Shown here: in pieces, positions 26,001-37,976 of the stretch
Layout: each line of letters begins with the position of its first letter
How positions within the stretch are numbered: position 1 is the first letter of the stretch
NCBI RefSeq assembly: GCF_003918875.1
Contig: NW_025766976.1
Span: forward strand, 992,001 to 1,056,000
Direction: 5' to 3'
DNA length: 64,000 nt
Source of the DNA: Haliotis rubra
Lineage: Eukaryota
The notes under the pieces: model-generated
Database searches by the model: none
The model's input: only the letters and a program-made list of their open reading frames with translations
What the model was told of the DNA's origin: nothing
Position numbers and translations under genes: made by a program

Positions 26001-29000
26001 ATCTGAAGTATCTTAACGCATGGATTCCCATTCACCTAGTCACCCCTTGTTCATATATTGTGGGGCGGCGGGGTAGCCCATAGGTTGAAGCGGTCGCTCG
26101 TCACGCTAAAGGCTCGGGTTCGATTCCCCTCATGGGTACAATGTGTGAAGTCCATTTCTGGTGTCCCCCGCCGCGATATTGCTGGAATATTTGCTAACAG
26201 CGGCGTAAAACTAAACTCACTCATCTTGCTCATCGTATACCTTAATCGGGTCAAACAGGGATTCGAACGAGCTCTGGACGCAACCCTGCTCAGCGAATTA
26301 TAGTGCTTCTTAATGCTGAGCTACCTGGGCCCTCAATAACTTTGGGAGTTTGATACATTCCTATATATTTATCACATGTATCTGTTGTGTATTTCAGTGC
26401 TCAATACACCAACACGTCAATCACCAACATCTATGAGCCGGTGGTGTTCAAGGTTATGTCCAATAATCAACCGCTCAGTAACAAACCCATGCTGATTGGA
26501 CAGGAACTGACCTTCTCATTCAACATTCCAGTGGAAACAGGTACAAAACTGCACCAGGTGTTATTAACTGACGTGCAAAAGAAAGTACACACCTGATGCT
26601 TTGGTAAAATGTTTTCCTGAAAACAGCGAAATATTTAGAAAAGTCTTTTGATTGCGACTCACAAGTCACAAACATTGTATACGTGTTGCAATAACACCAT
26701 AGATATCGTACCCAATTGGAACACTGCCAGCAAAATATTTACGTTGTTTTAATAGTCTCAAAACACCAGATGTGTACTTTCTTTTGTACATCAGTGTATA
26801 AGTTAAACCTCTCCTGAAGGAACTGAGAAAGATACATGAAACGCGAGTACTAACTGATACAGTGGACTGTCTGGTCCAGACCACCGTCATATAGCTGGAA
26901 TATTGCTGAGAGCGGCGTTAAACAAGACAAAACTACTCCAAAATAAAAACCTCGAAGAACAAGAACAAGAACAACAAACAGACAAACAAAACAAATAAAA
27001 CAACACATGTCCTGTCTACTGCAGATGGATGTTGTCGAATATGAAATGGATGCAATGTTTCATGATATACACCCGAGTTTGGGCAAGAATGTTGACGGAT
27101 CGGAGATAAATGTATAAGTTCGGTATAAACACTGTTCTTACAGTATGCTCGTTATATCACGTCGGGGTAGTTTAACTGTACCTTCAGAAACAGACTTAAA
27201 ATGATTTTTTTCTACTTTTGTTATCATCAACGAACACCAATTTTCTCAAAGATAAACAACAATCCTAACAACATATTTCCTATGAAGTCAAGTGTTTCGT
27301 ATAAGGCTCAGATCAGCTCTGTCTTTGGCTGCGAGAATGTAAGCTCTTGGTTCTGTTTCAGGCTATGTTGCGGTAGCTGTGGAGACTCTCACAGCGAATG
27401 ACACCAAAGCAGGCGGTAGCACGTTCGTTATCATAACCTCCAAGTAAGTATAGGGGAGGTGGGGTAGCCTAATGGTTAAAGCGTTGGCTCGTCACGCCGA
27501 AGACCCGGATTCGAATCCCCACATGGGCACAATGTGTGAAGCCCATTTCTGGTGTCCCCCGCCGTGATGTTGCTGGAATATTGCTAAAAGAGGCGTAAAA
27601 CCAAACTCAGTCAGTCAGTCCAAGTAAGTATAGGCACACTCCCTTTACTAGGGAGACCCGTGAAGATCCGGGTTATAATTGGTCTTCTGTAACCCATGCT
27701 TGTCGTAAGAGGCGATTTACGGGATCGGGTGCTCAGGCTCGCTGACTTGGTTGACACATGTCATCGTATCAATTTCAATTCAATTCTTTATTCTCATAAA
27801 CCACCTTGGTGGTACAAGACCATATATTGTAAACATATATACAAATACAAATTCAAATTCAAATATCACAGTCGCTGGATTGTCTGGTCCAGGCTCGATT
27901 ATTTACAGACCGCTGCGTATAGCTGGAAAATTACTGAGTGCGGCGTTCAACAACAAACCAACCATTACCAGGGAGGTTGTGCGCAGGTAGAGGTGATCAC
28001 CGGGACTTGTATCCGTTGATACATCAATGTCGTCGTTGCTACGCTGACGTCTGTAAGGGGTCAAAGATCATGTCAACTGAATCACGACGAACCTAGTACT
28101 GCGCAAATGCATCTTTGTTTTGTTTTATTACGAAGTCACCATATTATACGTGTGCGTGACCTCCTTAAGAACCTGGGGCCTTATTCTCGAAACGTTCGTA
28201 GCCCTAAGAATTCTTAACTTTGATCGTAGCCAATGTGTTAAGAATGGGCTTAAGAAGTTCGTAGGGCTACGAACGTTTCGAGAATAGCTAGACAGGTTAG
28301 AATTGGTTTTAAGCAACGCATTCTTGCCATAAGATGGAACTCGTCTTGAGGATGGTCAGAGGTCCGGACGACTAACAGTATCGAGTGGTCAGGCTCGCTG
28401 ACTTGGTTGACAACATGTCATCGTATCCCAGTTGCGTAGATCGATGTTCCTGCTGTTGATCACTGGATTGTCTGGTCCAGATTCGATTATGTACCGACCG
28501 CCGTCATATAGCTGGAATATTGCTGAGTGCGGCGTAGACTAACGCTTAGCCTCTGAATATATAATTTTGATTGTAACAAATAAACCCATTTAAATTGAAA
28601 AGGAACCCCTGGGAGACTAGAGATTCAGAGCCTGAACCTGGGGAAATCTAGACTTGCTTCATTTAGGGCTTTAGCATTGCAGGGAGTGCTAGGCTGTAGG
28701 CAAAATAATATGGTCCAGGCACTGTGAGACAGACTAAGTGCCGCGTTAAAAACATTTAAAGGTTCATGGAGTTCTATTTATTATGTTTTTGTTTTAATGT
28801 ACTTGTTCATGTGACAAGGTGCCCTGCCACCGATGCTGATTCCGTGTTGTCGACCTTCGAGAGATCATCTGACAACAGAATAGTCACAGTGATAGTCAAA
28901 GTGTTTAAATTTGTCGACTCAGACAGTGTGGGGTTCACATGCAATGCCAGGATATGCAAGGCCGGTGACCCAGCGTGTGATTTGGTAAGTAGATCTGTAT

Positions 29001-32000
29001 ATCTTACTAAAGTAAACTCCAAATTCTTGGTACATGCCTGCCATTGTACCTTAGTTGTGTAGAGGATGCCATGATGTCTCTCACGAGACTGCTTTGCCAA
29101 AACCCGATTATTTACAGAACATACAGTTAGAATATTTCTGAGTGCGACGATAAACAAACAATGAAACAATGGTAAGCGTCCAGAAGAACAGGTCCCCGGA
29201 TTAAAGGAGTCCATAGTAACGAGATTTCACCATTAGAAAAACAAATGACGTTCAGATATGTACCTAACCAGGTGACGGATGCCATAAGCTTTCACTGGTA
29301 ACCTACTGACGAATGTTACAACGAAACAGAAACTCCACTAGAAGCGATGTCAATGTAATTTAAAGACAGGAAATAAGAAAGTATTAATGAATGCCAAACG
29401 TTGACACCTTCAAACTTCCAGAGTGTGTACTATCGTATAACAACGCTTAGGTTTTTCACATGACATTTCTTGGCTCGACATTGTTTCCACCCTGTGTCGA
29501 ACACGAGTTGCGTCCCTTGGTATACATACGCCATGCCTTTCGATATTTGCACATGCTTTTCAGCATTTTAATGCATACTCTTCGTGCAATTCATCAGCAC
29601 AAGGTTTGCAGTTGGTTCCCCTAAGTTAGTGGAGAAATTGATCTTCGATGTAACCATATTATGCGCATAACATATAGTGAGTGCTTTAAGTAAGTCTTTT
29701 GATGGGAAGTATATTTCGAATGCCATCACAAAATGACTGTAATAAATATATATTATTCCTAAATTTGTTATGTATATTCCGACTGAGAGTGTCCGGGCCA
29801 CTTTTATATGTATTTGTATAACCTCATGGCGCGCTCAGGGCCCCGTTCCTCAAAGCGATCGTAGCGCTACGATTGTCGTAAGTCTATGTTAAAGTATGGC
29901 AGTTACGATCATCTTAGCGCTACGATCGCTTTGTGGAACGGGGCCCAGAACCAGAGTGAAAAGTTTCTGAATCATATCAAAAGTTATCACTGAAATTCAA
30001 CAGCATCAAGACAATACAATAACTACATCAGATGGCCTGTGTGATGAGGTAACGAAACTGAGATTTCATCCCTGGCAGACAAACAAAATGACACATTACG
30101 ACTGTGGCACATTTCGCTCTTACCATAGCAGTCACTCAGACGTGAGAACAGCGTCTAGTAACGCTGTATTTTTGCAACATGAAACTCTTACGTGTTCGTT
30201 GTTTTACCCTGTACTCAACAATATTCCAGCTATATCACAGCAGTACAACTATTTTGTCTGGATTAGACAACATATACGTTTATACGAGGTGAGGTGAAAT
30301 TGGGTTTAACGTCGCGCTAGAGAATATTTGGCTCATATGACGACGTGCATGCGTGTGTATGTGTAGGTGCGGCTGCTTGTACTAGCCCAGACTGAACCTG
30401 GTTTTATAGTGCTAGCCCACTGAGATACCACGCCGCAGTGAAGCATGAATACCCCACTCAGACACATTATACTGACTCCGAGCCGACCAGTCCTTGTTGT
30501 ACCAATTAATGCCGAGCGCCAGGCAGGGACCAACAAGTACCATTTTAACGTCTTTTGGTATGACGCGGTCGGGGATCGAACCCGCGACCTTCCGCTCTCC
30601 GGGCGGACGCTCTAACCACTACACCATGGAGGCGGTCACGTTTATACGAACTCGAAGAGACCGCGAACCGTACAACCGTAGTTTGAAATAAGCAGTAAAC
30701 TTAACATAAATAGCCCGGACACACAAAAACTGTTCGTTATATCCATCAGTTCATTATGAAGGTGGTTTTCACCCATCGTAGCACCTGCCTTGTATGTGTT
30801 GATTGTTGTAGCCTACGTGTAACGGACAAGCTTCGCCATCAACCACCGGGCGCCGGAAGAGGGACGTTGGAAACCAGAAGACCATCCAGACGGTTGTCAA
30901 GGTTACTGAGGACCCTCAAGCGGCCGCCGCAGCCGGACAATCTCCCACAGATAAGACGCCAGGTAAGCCGAACAGATCCATATTTATATATCATTTTTGA
31001 AGTTATTCGAAACTGCGAATCTCTCACGTGTGAGTTTTTTAAACTTTCAAAATAATATGCGTGGAACGTATATTACGTCACTCCTCTAGCCACTATGTGG
31101 CTGAAATATTGCCGATGTGACGTTAATTTTAATTCACGTCATCCATAGTATGTTATTCCTTACCTTACGTTTTCCTGAGAAAGAGTAGAAAAACATAGAC
31201 TTCCTAATCTCATATTGATGCATCAGCTCAGAGTTTTATCACAACGGTGATAAAATCGTTTGAGACGTTGTAGACAGATGAATTCATCTTCCACTGCGTT
31301 CGGTGAAGGTAATAACAATAATAACAACAGCACTGCTGCTGCTGCTGCTGCTGCTGCTGCTACTACTACTACTACTACTGTGCTACTACTACTACATCTA
31401 CTACTATACACCACTAACCAGTGAAAAACCGGGATAGAATTGGTTTTCAGCAACCCATGCTTGTCGTAAAAGGCGACTAACGGGATCGGGTGGTCAGAGT
31501 CGCTGACTTGGTTGACACATGTCATCGGATCCCAGTAACGTAGATCGATGTTCATGCTGTTGATCACTGGAATGTCTGGTCCAGACTCGATTATTTACTG
31601 ACCGCCGCCATAGAGCTGGAATATTGCTGAGTGCGGCGTTCAGCAAACTATACACCACTACCACCACCACTACCACCACCACTACTACCACCGCCACCAT
31701 CATCAACACCACCACCAACAAAAATCGAACAACAATAGCATATCTCTGAGATGCGTAGCCCAGCTTGTACCCTACATGTAATGTTCGAGCTTGCTCACTT
31801 GATAAATATGATATTTATCATGTGCCTGAGTTGATCATTTAATAAATGCCATTTAACAAAAAATTTGTATTATAAAGTATCAAAGTTTCGAATATTTATC
31901 AGATATGTATTCTTCACAAAAAATGAAACATCCAGTAAAAATGACACTTTTGGGTGATGAACTCTTAGTTCGGGTTCCGACTTTCACACTTTCCGACTTC

Positions 32001-32239
32001 TGTCTCCAGATGAGTGCAAGAACGACTCCTCCAAACAGGCAGGCGAGAACGAATGTCTGATGAAGAAGGAGATCATCGTTGTCCTGGCGATAATGGCGGC
32101 AACTGTCATCATCCTCATGATCGCTTGTATGGTGATGACGTGCAAGCTGCTGAAGGCTGGCACCAAGGTCGTCGACGTCCCCCAATCGGAATACCAGCCC
32201 TCGATGTCCCTTCCTCGGCTCTCTCCAGCCAACTTTTAA
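19997..32239 (+). CDS. Gene A: EGF-EGF-ZP transmembrane protein (molluscan EGF-ZP / EGF-like domain-containing family), 10 coding exons, 484 aa
   Basis: Exons 19997-20066, 20994-21116, 21625-21738, 24355-24578, 25665-25816, 26398-26540, 27362-27443, 28819-28984, 30812-30962, 32010-32239. All introns are GT-AG with compatible phases (1,1,1,0,2,1,2,0,1), total 1455 nt, no internal stop. Contains signal peptide, FDCRR EGF start, ZP motifs (FKFVDSD..F.C...C), RRKR furin site and TM helix. Confidence 0.9.
20678..20904 (-). mobile_element. SINE-like family B copy in gene A intron 1
   Basis: Matches the family B consensus to its fixed 5' end. Confidence 0.88.
20994..21116 (+). CDS. Gene A exon 2, EGF-like domain 1
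   Basis: ATASFDCRRKGQECFNSGTCQPNGTCSCTADYDGYNCRIQN, six Cys with canonical EGF spacing; tAG / GTAGGT; 123 nt phase 1-1. Confidence 0.93.
21625..21738 (+). CDS. Gene A exon 3, EGF-like domain 2
   Basis: SGRAANSCKPACLNSGVCANNTCFCMENYYGANCNNKR; cAG / GTAGGT; 114 nt phase 1-1. Confidence 0.93.
22215..22905. repeat. 60-bp minisatellite, about 11 copies, in gene A intron 3
   Basis: Unit ctctctgatctgctggacatgtcaagtctttctcattgtacaccgtaagacaccttccct; line-to-line identity. Confidence 0.95.
22972..23833. mobile_element. Composite inverted-repeat element: 59-bp IR pair plus adjacent 160-bp palindrome (Crypton-like, inferred)
   Basis: 22972-23030 is inverted at 23409-23467; third attggtttacaat near 23657; palindrome 23673-23833. 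Confidence 0.55.
24355..24578 (+). CDS. Gene A exon 4, ZP-N first part
   Basis: EEILCFGDRKAIHINPEGFQGTIYIVGKRGMANC...ECGNIAERTE; gcAG / GTGAGT. Confidence 0.92.
25665..25816 (+). CDS. Gene A exon 5, ZP-N end and linker
   Basis: GTTLIEERFASIEYEPLIVTTLDERLAAMCKFDNSTNRTLYGDVVSSSVT; acAG / GTAAGC; phase 0-2; absent from the ORF track. Confidence 0.9.
26061..26223 (+). mobile_element. SINE family A
   Basis: Full tRNA head, body and tail. Confidence 0.9.
26398..26540 (+). CDS. Gene A exon 6, IHP / ZP-C start
   Basis: AQYTNTSITNIYEPVVFKVMSNNQPLSNKPMLIGQELTFSFNIPVET; tttcAG / GTACAA; phase 2-1. Confidence 0.9.
27362..27443 (+). CDS. Gene A exon 7, ZP-C
   Basis: GYVAVAVETLTANDTKAGGSTFVIITS; tttcAG / GTAAGT; phase 1-2. 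Confidence 0.88.
27455..27618 (+). mobile_element. SINE family A with a 16-bp TSD spanning the gene A exon 7 donor
   Basis: TCCAAGTAAGTATAGG at 27439-27454 and 27619-27634. Confidence 0.92.
27654..27962 (+). mobile_element. SINE-like family B copy carrying an AT-rich insertion (about 27770-27870)
   Basis: Family B 5' and 3' parts interrupted by a ttcaa-rich insert. Confidence 0.85.
28176..28292. mobile_element. Palindromic Harbinger-like MITE (same subfamily as 45339-45455)
   Basis: tattctcgaaacgttcgtagccct / agggctacgaacgtttcgagaata inverted; flanks ctg/cag. Confidence 0.7.
28819..28984 (+). CDS. Gene A exon 8, ZP-C core
   Basis: KCPATDADSVLSTFERSSDNRIVTVIVKVFKFVDSDSVGFTCNARICKAGDPACDL; aAG / GTAAGT; phase 2-0. 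Confidence 0.92.
29839..29945. mobile_element. Palindromic PIF/Harbinger-like MITE
   Basis: TIR GGCCCCGTTCC / GGAACGGGGCC, 3-bp TSD CAG/CAG. Confidence 0.75.
30288..30637 (-). mobile_element. tRNA-headed SINE family C with Meta/MESC-like core
   Basis: tRNA head (tggtgtagtgg, ggttcgatccc), core ccctgcctggcgctcggcatt, (cacct)n tail, 12-bp TSD acgtttatacga. Confidence 0.85.
30812..30962 (+). CDS. Gene A exon 9, last ZP Cys, furin site RRKR, external hydrophobic patch
   Basis: PTCNGQASPSTTGRRKRDVGNQKTIQTVVKVTEDPQAAAAAGQSPTDKTP; gtAG / GTAAGC; phase 0-1. Confidence 0.92.
32010..32239 (+). CDS. Gene A exon 10, TM helix and cytoplasmic tail
   Basis: DECKNDSSKQAGENECLMKKEIIVVLAIMAATVIILMIACMVMTCKLLKAG...SMSLPRLSPANF*; ccAG acceptor; TAA 32237-32239. 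Confidence 0.92.
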
Positions 32240-32715
32240 CTCTGATTAGCTAACGAGTCTCACCAGCTGGTACTGGTTTGTTGGCTGACAGACAGAAAAA
32301 GTTAAAATAAACAGACTAATCTATGATACGATGCACTTCAACATGATCTCAACACCAGTATAACCTCCTATTGTGGTCGAGTGTCTTTGAAATGTTTAGC
32401 TCATGACAAGCGTTTTCTTGATTTACTCTACCTATGTACTACCGGTAGGGAAGGAGCATGATTAAAATTACTCCATTTATTTCGAACACCTGGTGGCAGC
32501 ACTGATTTAGAGGGATTCATTCAAATAATTTTCACCTCTACGTTCGTCCAATGGAATCTGTTTCAGCGTGAAGTCGATATTTCATTTCGGAATCATCTGG
32601 TGTCGTCATATATATCTAGTGATTCATTCAAATAATTTTCACCACTATTTTGTCTTGTTCGCCCAATGGGATTTTGCTTCAGTATAAAATCGATATTTCC
32701 GTTCACAAACACCAG

Positions 32716-32863
32716 GGCCCCGTTTCACAAAACTCTCGTAAGCCTAAGATCTCGTAACTTTTCTCGTAGCATTCGTACTCCCTATGTTACAGTATAGGAG
32801 GTACGAATGCTACGAGAAAAGTTACGAGATCTTAGGCCTACGAGAGCTTTGTGAAACGGGGCC
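32716..32863. mobile_element. Near-perfect 148-bp hairpin MITE (Harbinger-like) downstream of the gene A stop
   Basis: GGCCCCGTTTCACAAA...TTTGTGAAACGGGGCC, almost fully self-complementary; related copies at 34615-34744 and 39387-39461. Confidence 0.8.
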
Positions 32864-33388
32864 CTGGTGTAATCTCTGATTTCGAGTGATCCATTGTATA
32901 ATTTTCACCACTAGTTTGTCTTTTTCGCCCAATGCAATTTGCTTCAGCTTAAACATCAATATTTACTGGCAATATATTAGAAATCTGTTATATATTTTTG
33001 TAAAGTTATGCTTAATTACGTTGCTATAAGAGTGAAACCCTTTCTTGTTACGAAAATTGCAATCGGCCATAATTTTTTTATTGACATTATTTATAATGCT
33101 TACGCTATGTGGTGTGACTCTTCATTGCCCCCTATCGTCTCTGTTGCCATGAGCTTTCGTACCGCATAAACAGCGGTGTTAAAAATCTAGCACCGGTTGG
33201 TGGAGATGTCCCTGCTGTACGTGTAAACGAGATGGTGGTTTGCTTTTATGGACACGTTCATTTTTTGACGTTTTGACAACACAACAATAAATGTATAGAT
33301 ATATATATTGCAGTATATGCTAGGTATGTATAGTTTTTTATTTGAAGAGTTTATAACTAAAGGGACTTAAGTTGTCTTAAGTGTATCC

Positions 33389-33537
33389 AGGGGCAGTGGG
33401 GTAGCCTAGTGGTTAAGGAATTCAACCCGGGTTCGATTCCCAACATAGGCACATTATGTGAAGCCCATTTCTGGTGTCCCCTGTCATCATATTGCTAGAA
33501 TATTGCTAAAAGCGGCGTAAACCTAAACTCACTCACT
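33389..33537 (+). mobile_element. SINE family A
   Basis: Head with internal deletion, body, (actc)n tail. Confidence 0.85.
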
Positions 33538-34794
33538 TAACTGTATACATGTATTTTTAATGACGAGAGTTTTCATCTGATCGTATAATCTTTATGTAGC
33601 ATTTGTATGTGTAAGTGTTGAATAAACACCCTGTTTGCATTTTAAACACGAATAGTGACGAAACTAAGTGGCCGCAATACATATTCAACCAGTTCGGTGA
33701 AACAATATGTCACTTTACGTTGTAACCAGATGAATGCGTTTACGAAGATGGGTAGTTTATAATAATATAATATGATATATAATAGCTTATGGAAGAGGGG
33801 GCTAATTAGAACACTAACACAGTAGTAGCGCATTCTTATATCTTTGTGTTTCCCACGTTCACAAATTAAACTCGTGCGCTTCAGCAAATATAAACATATT
33901 AGTTGGCGAAAGGAGCATGTCAACGAGTGCAATGAAGCTTAAGAAAGTTGTCTTTCCAAGTTTGAAAAAATCACGGAAATGTCACGGAAATTTTGTGGAT
34001 AACGAATGAAGCCACATTTGATCTTTCCACGTAAACACTTTTCCAAACATTTTTTCCAGCAGTAAAAAGACATTCATGGCTAGAATAGTCCCAGATTTTC
34101 ATTAATATGGATGTTTAGCAGTGAAAAAATACATCATAATATACATCTATGTTTGATGGTGACTAAAATCAAGAAGACGATGTTTGATTTGCGATATATC
34201 ACGGGCATTTTGTTTTACATTGTGACAAATCAAGTTGTCAAGTATATAGATACTTTCTTTTCCTTGCCAGATAGTTCTGTCTGCGTCGGGTTTGTAGAAA
34301 CATAATCAAAGATTGGTTTGGGGATAACGTTAGTGAGTTTTAAGGTTTGCAAATTTTTCGTATGTAATCATCAAGGTTATGGTAATAGCCTGAAATCATT
34401 AGAAGAAAAATACAATGATTGTATATTTTCCGGTGAGATATTTAGTGTGAATTATTCGCTATGTACAAATGTGCGCTTGTGGTCAATTGGTGCCTTGCCG
34501 AGCATACATGTATTATAGCTTTGGACCCATAATGTTTATGCGATTTTGGTTATGTTAGAATTGTTATCACTTCGTATCAAAATATCATTGCAATATGTTT
34601 ATGCAACACACCAGGGCCCAATTTCTCAAAGCTCTCGTAACCTTAAGATCTCGTAACTTTTCTCGTGGCATTCGTACCTCCTATACCTCCTATAGATTAG
34701 CTTACTACTGTCGTAGCGCTACGATAGCTTTGTGAAACGGGGCCCACATAACCTTTAATGTTGTTAAGACAGTAATACAACATATGATAATATA

Positions 34795-35662
34795 CACTAA
34801 ACGCCCAAAGAAACGTTACCCTCCCCAGTTGGCGTTGTGATGCGTGGACGTCCACTTCTTGGTCTGTCTACGGTGATCCCAGTCTGTCTGAAGCCCTGAA
34901 TAAGTCTTATAACCGTGGTACGGTGGCATCCGTGGGCGTTGGCAACAGCATTGTATGTCGACCCCATCTGCACCATCCCAATGGCTCTTTCTCTCCCTTA
35001 GCTGTTAATCGTGGCATATTTCTCGTACTTGTGTATCAGACCATGTCTTCGAGGCTCTCTTTATACCCTATAGAATCATTCTGCATGTGAAATGGATGTA
35101 AATACGGTTTGAATATTGCTACGTTTTGGCGATTGATACTGCTATGTGTAAACAGAAAATGGAAAAATGTTACTTTGCAAGCAAACATTTTAACAAAGAT
35201 AATTGTAGATGTTCCTAAACATTTTTTCACAATATCAAGATACGTTTTACTTGTTTTCACTAATGCAAATCAGCAGAAATGTGTAAAAGACTGAAATCAT
35301 AGCAATGATTATTTTACAATTTTACACACTCTACAATAGTTGTTTCTTGTTTTAATAGTTGAAAAATGGTGACTTTAAATGGTTTATCATTGTCCCAAAG
35401 CAGAATTTTATTTCAACCTTTCTTTTGGACATCAAAATAAATATTATTGGTTTATTTCGGCTTGGACGAATATAGGACAATATAACACGTCTCAAAAAGA
35501 AGCATTTCTTCCAAATATAAATCCATTTGAGAATTATTTTTCGTGATTTGCATAAAGCTGTGTTGTTAAGCTTTCTTGTAAACTAAAACCTTCTAAAATA
35601 TCTTTGATAGTTTTTCAGTAATTCATAAAGGTAGGAGGGTAACGTTTCTTTGGCGTCTAGTG
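34795..35662. mobile_element. Non-autonomous Tc1/mariner-type DNA transposon
   Basis: TIR cactaaacgcccaaagaaacgttaccctcc / ggagggtaacgtttctttggcgtctagtg, TA on both flanks. Confidence 0.8.
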
Positions 35663-36574
35663 TAAGCTTAAAATTGACACACTTCAAGCAACACAATGAC
35701 ATATGTAATACATTTTCCCCGACTGGACAAAATATAACTGTAGAAAGTTGAGAGACGCCGCTGTATCGTTTCTAAATAACCACGATTGCAATACTGTACA
35801 GTTTATTCAAGGAAAACAAATACAATAAACGCATATATGTAACTATGTTTGGTTGTTTACGGGGACCAAATATGAACAGATATATTTGAATCTTTTTGCA
35901 TTGTCAAAACTTGGGTGATTGCCATTCGTCACTGTGGTCATTTTAAACATGTTTGTTTACCTTTTTATACAGCAAAATAATTGTTTAATGTTAAACATGT
36001 ACTTTGTACAAATTCTAAAATGTCTGTAGTGAAAAAAAACTTGATACATCTTGCATAAATTGATAATGGCGATATATTTTTATTCAACATGAAATAAATG
36101 AACACATGTTTCTTTGGTAGTTGCCTGTTTGTTACAGACTGTATAATATAAACTCCGCTTCAAAGAATCTTCAGCTATCCCAATGGGCGTCACCTGGCTG
36201 AAGGATAGGCTAGTATTCAAGCCTGGATGGTGTGTTGGTCTGACAATTATGCATAGTGAACACAGACCACTCGGTTGTTGACGATAATAACGACGTCGAC
36301 GATGATAATGATGATGTTTGCGATGCATCGAGCGTTTACGATGGTTTCAACTTTGGTCTTTGGTGATACTAACAGATACTAACACAGCTGGGGGTTATAA
36401 CAGTAATGTTTGCAATGTCCACACACTAACTGTTAAGTTAAGATTCACGTGCAATGCAATCTCAATACAGGAACTTTTATACCGAATTGCTGACAACTGC
36501 AGCATCTCCAGTTGGGGAGCATATCATTGATGGAAATTTGATATTGTCGGTAAAGGTTTTGAAATTATTTAGTA

Positions 36575-37542
36575 GGGGAGACCGGGGTCAAATGTAACAC
36601 GGGTCAATTGTAACACGGGCGATTACTCTAATAGTTTTCGCTCAAGCATAGTGTAGGTGAGTAGAGTTATTTCCCTTTACTTTCCTACGGTACACATCCA
36701 GGCGTTTTTCAGCTGCTCGCTCATGGCGAGATACAGTTAACGAAGAATCGTTTTTCACATGGGAAAGTAAATTTTCACAAAACGTAATAAAAGGTTCTTA
36801 ATGCAGTAAATGTTGCTTGGTATGAAACTAATTAACAAGTGTAAAATTGAGGTATTACGACATATTTTGAAGTAGAAATATTTGAGAAGCCCAAAGTTGT
36901 TAACGTGTGACGTGGCATGAAACATGGCTACTACCATCGGGGGCAATTGTAACACTGTTTTACAATTGCCCCATGTAATTTTCCCTTGTGTTATGATAAT
37001 GAAGCAAATTATGATGAAGGTTTTATGTTAGTTCTTTACTAGTTTTATCATAGTAGAACATGTTCAGTGTAATGTTGATAGTATTAGCCCTCGGGTGACA
37101 CATTCTTGTGTTAGTCTTTGTATTATATTTTAGGCATACCAATACAAGAATATTAAACCAAAACATTTTAAATGTCGATGGGGATAAAGGTTTAATGTTA
37201 ATCCATTTCCACCTCAATTGATCAAGATAACATCTTTCCACATTATATTTTGATTTTATTTGGAAAATAAACAGATTGTTACATTTGAACCTTCTTTTTT
37301 ACAATTGCCCCATCCGCCTGTTACAATTGCCCCGTGCTGGGGGGTCAATTGTAACACTTGCAGTCATTGCATTTGATACGTAATAACTTTGTAACGACAT
37401 GATAGTGAACTTTAAATGACACTGAGGTATAAAACCAAGATGCGAATGTACTAGTTAGTACCGATTAACTTTGTGAGCGGTCGACTAGTATCGAATTACA
37501 AGACGTTAAGTAAAACGTGTTACAATTGACCCCGGTCTCCCC
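36575..37542. mobile_element. Non-autonomous pogo/mariner-like DNA transposon
   Basis: TIR GGGGAGACCGGGGTCAA(A/T)TGTAACACG flanked by TA; multiple internal gggcaattgtaaca motifs in both orientations. Confidence 0.8.
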
Positions 37543-37560
37543 TACACACTGGATGTTAAG

Positions 37561-37716
37561 GGCGGTGGGGTAGCCTAGTGGTTAAACCATTTGCTTGTCA
37601 CGCCGAAGGCCCAGGTTTGATTCCCTATATAGGTACAATGTGTGAAGCCCATTTCTGGTGTCCCCCGCCGTGATGTTGCTGGAACATTGCTAAACGCAGC
37701 ATAAAACCATACTCAG
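37561..37716 (+). mobile_element. SINE family A with TSD
   Basis: cactg(g/a)atgttaag on both sides. Confidence 0.88.
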
Positions 37717-37976
37717 GCACTGAATGTTAAGCCAAATAAATATTTTACGTCCACCCAAAAGTGTGTGGTGCCTTGATTAATAATTCTCGAAAAGCGCCCT
37801 TCGGTATCCCCTCACGCAAACGCACGTACACGCACGCACGCACACACACTCAATTCCCAAATGTTGATAAATTTTTTGTCTCAAAAATAACATCATCTTG
37901 TCAAAGGTTCTGATGTCCCTAAACATCTGTGAGAACTGGAGGCACGGCCAGTATGTCCAAGAGATTTCCTGCTCTG

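Noticed and set aside
27654-27725. Family B 5' motif as a standard HDV-like or pistol ribozyme
   Set aside because: Has a P4-like hairpin followed by CTAA but lacks the P3/L3 and P1 order of HDV and the GU cleavage junction of pistol; left unclassified
31223-31721. Poly-Val / poly-Ala hydrophobic ORFs
   Set aside because: Trinucleotide microsatellites flanking a family B SINE
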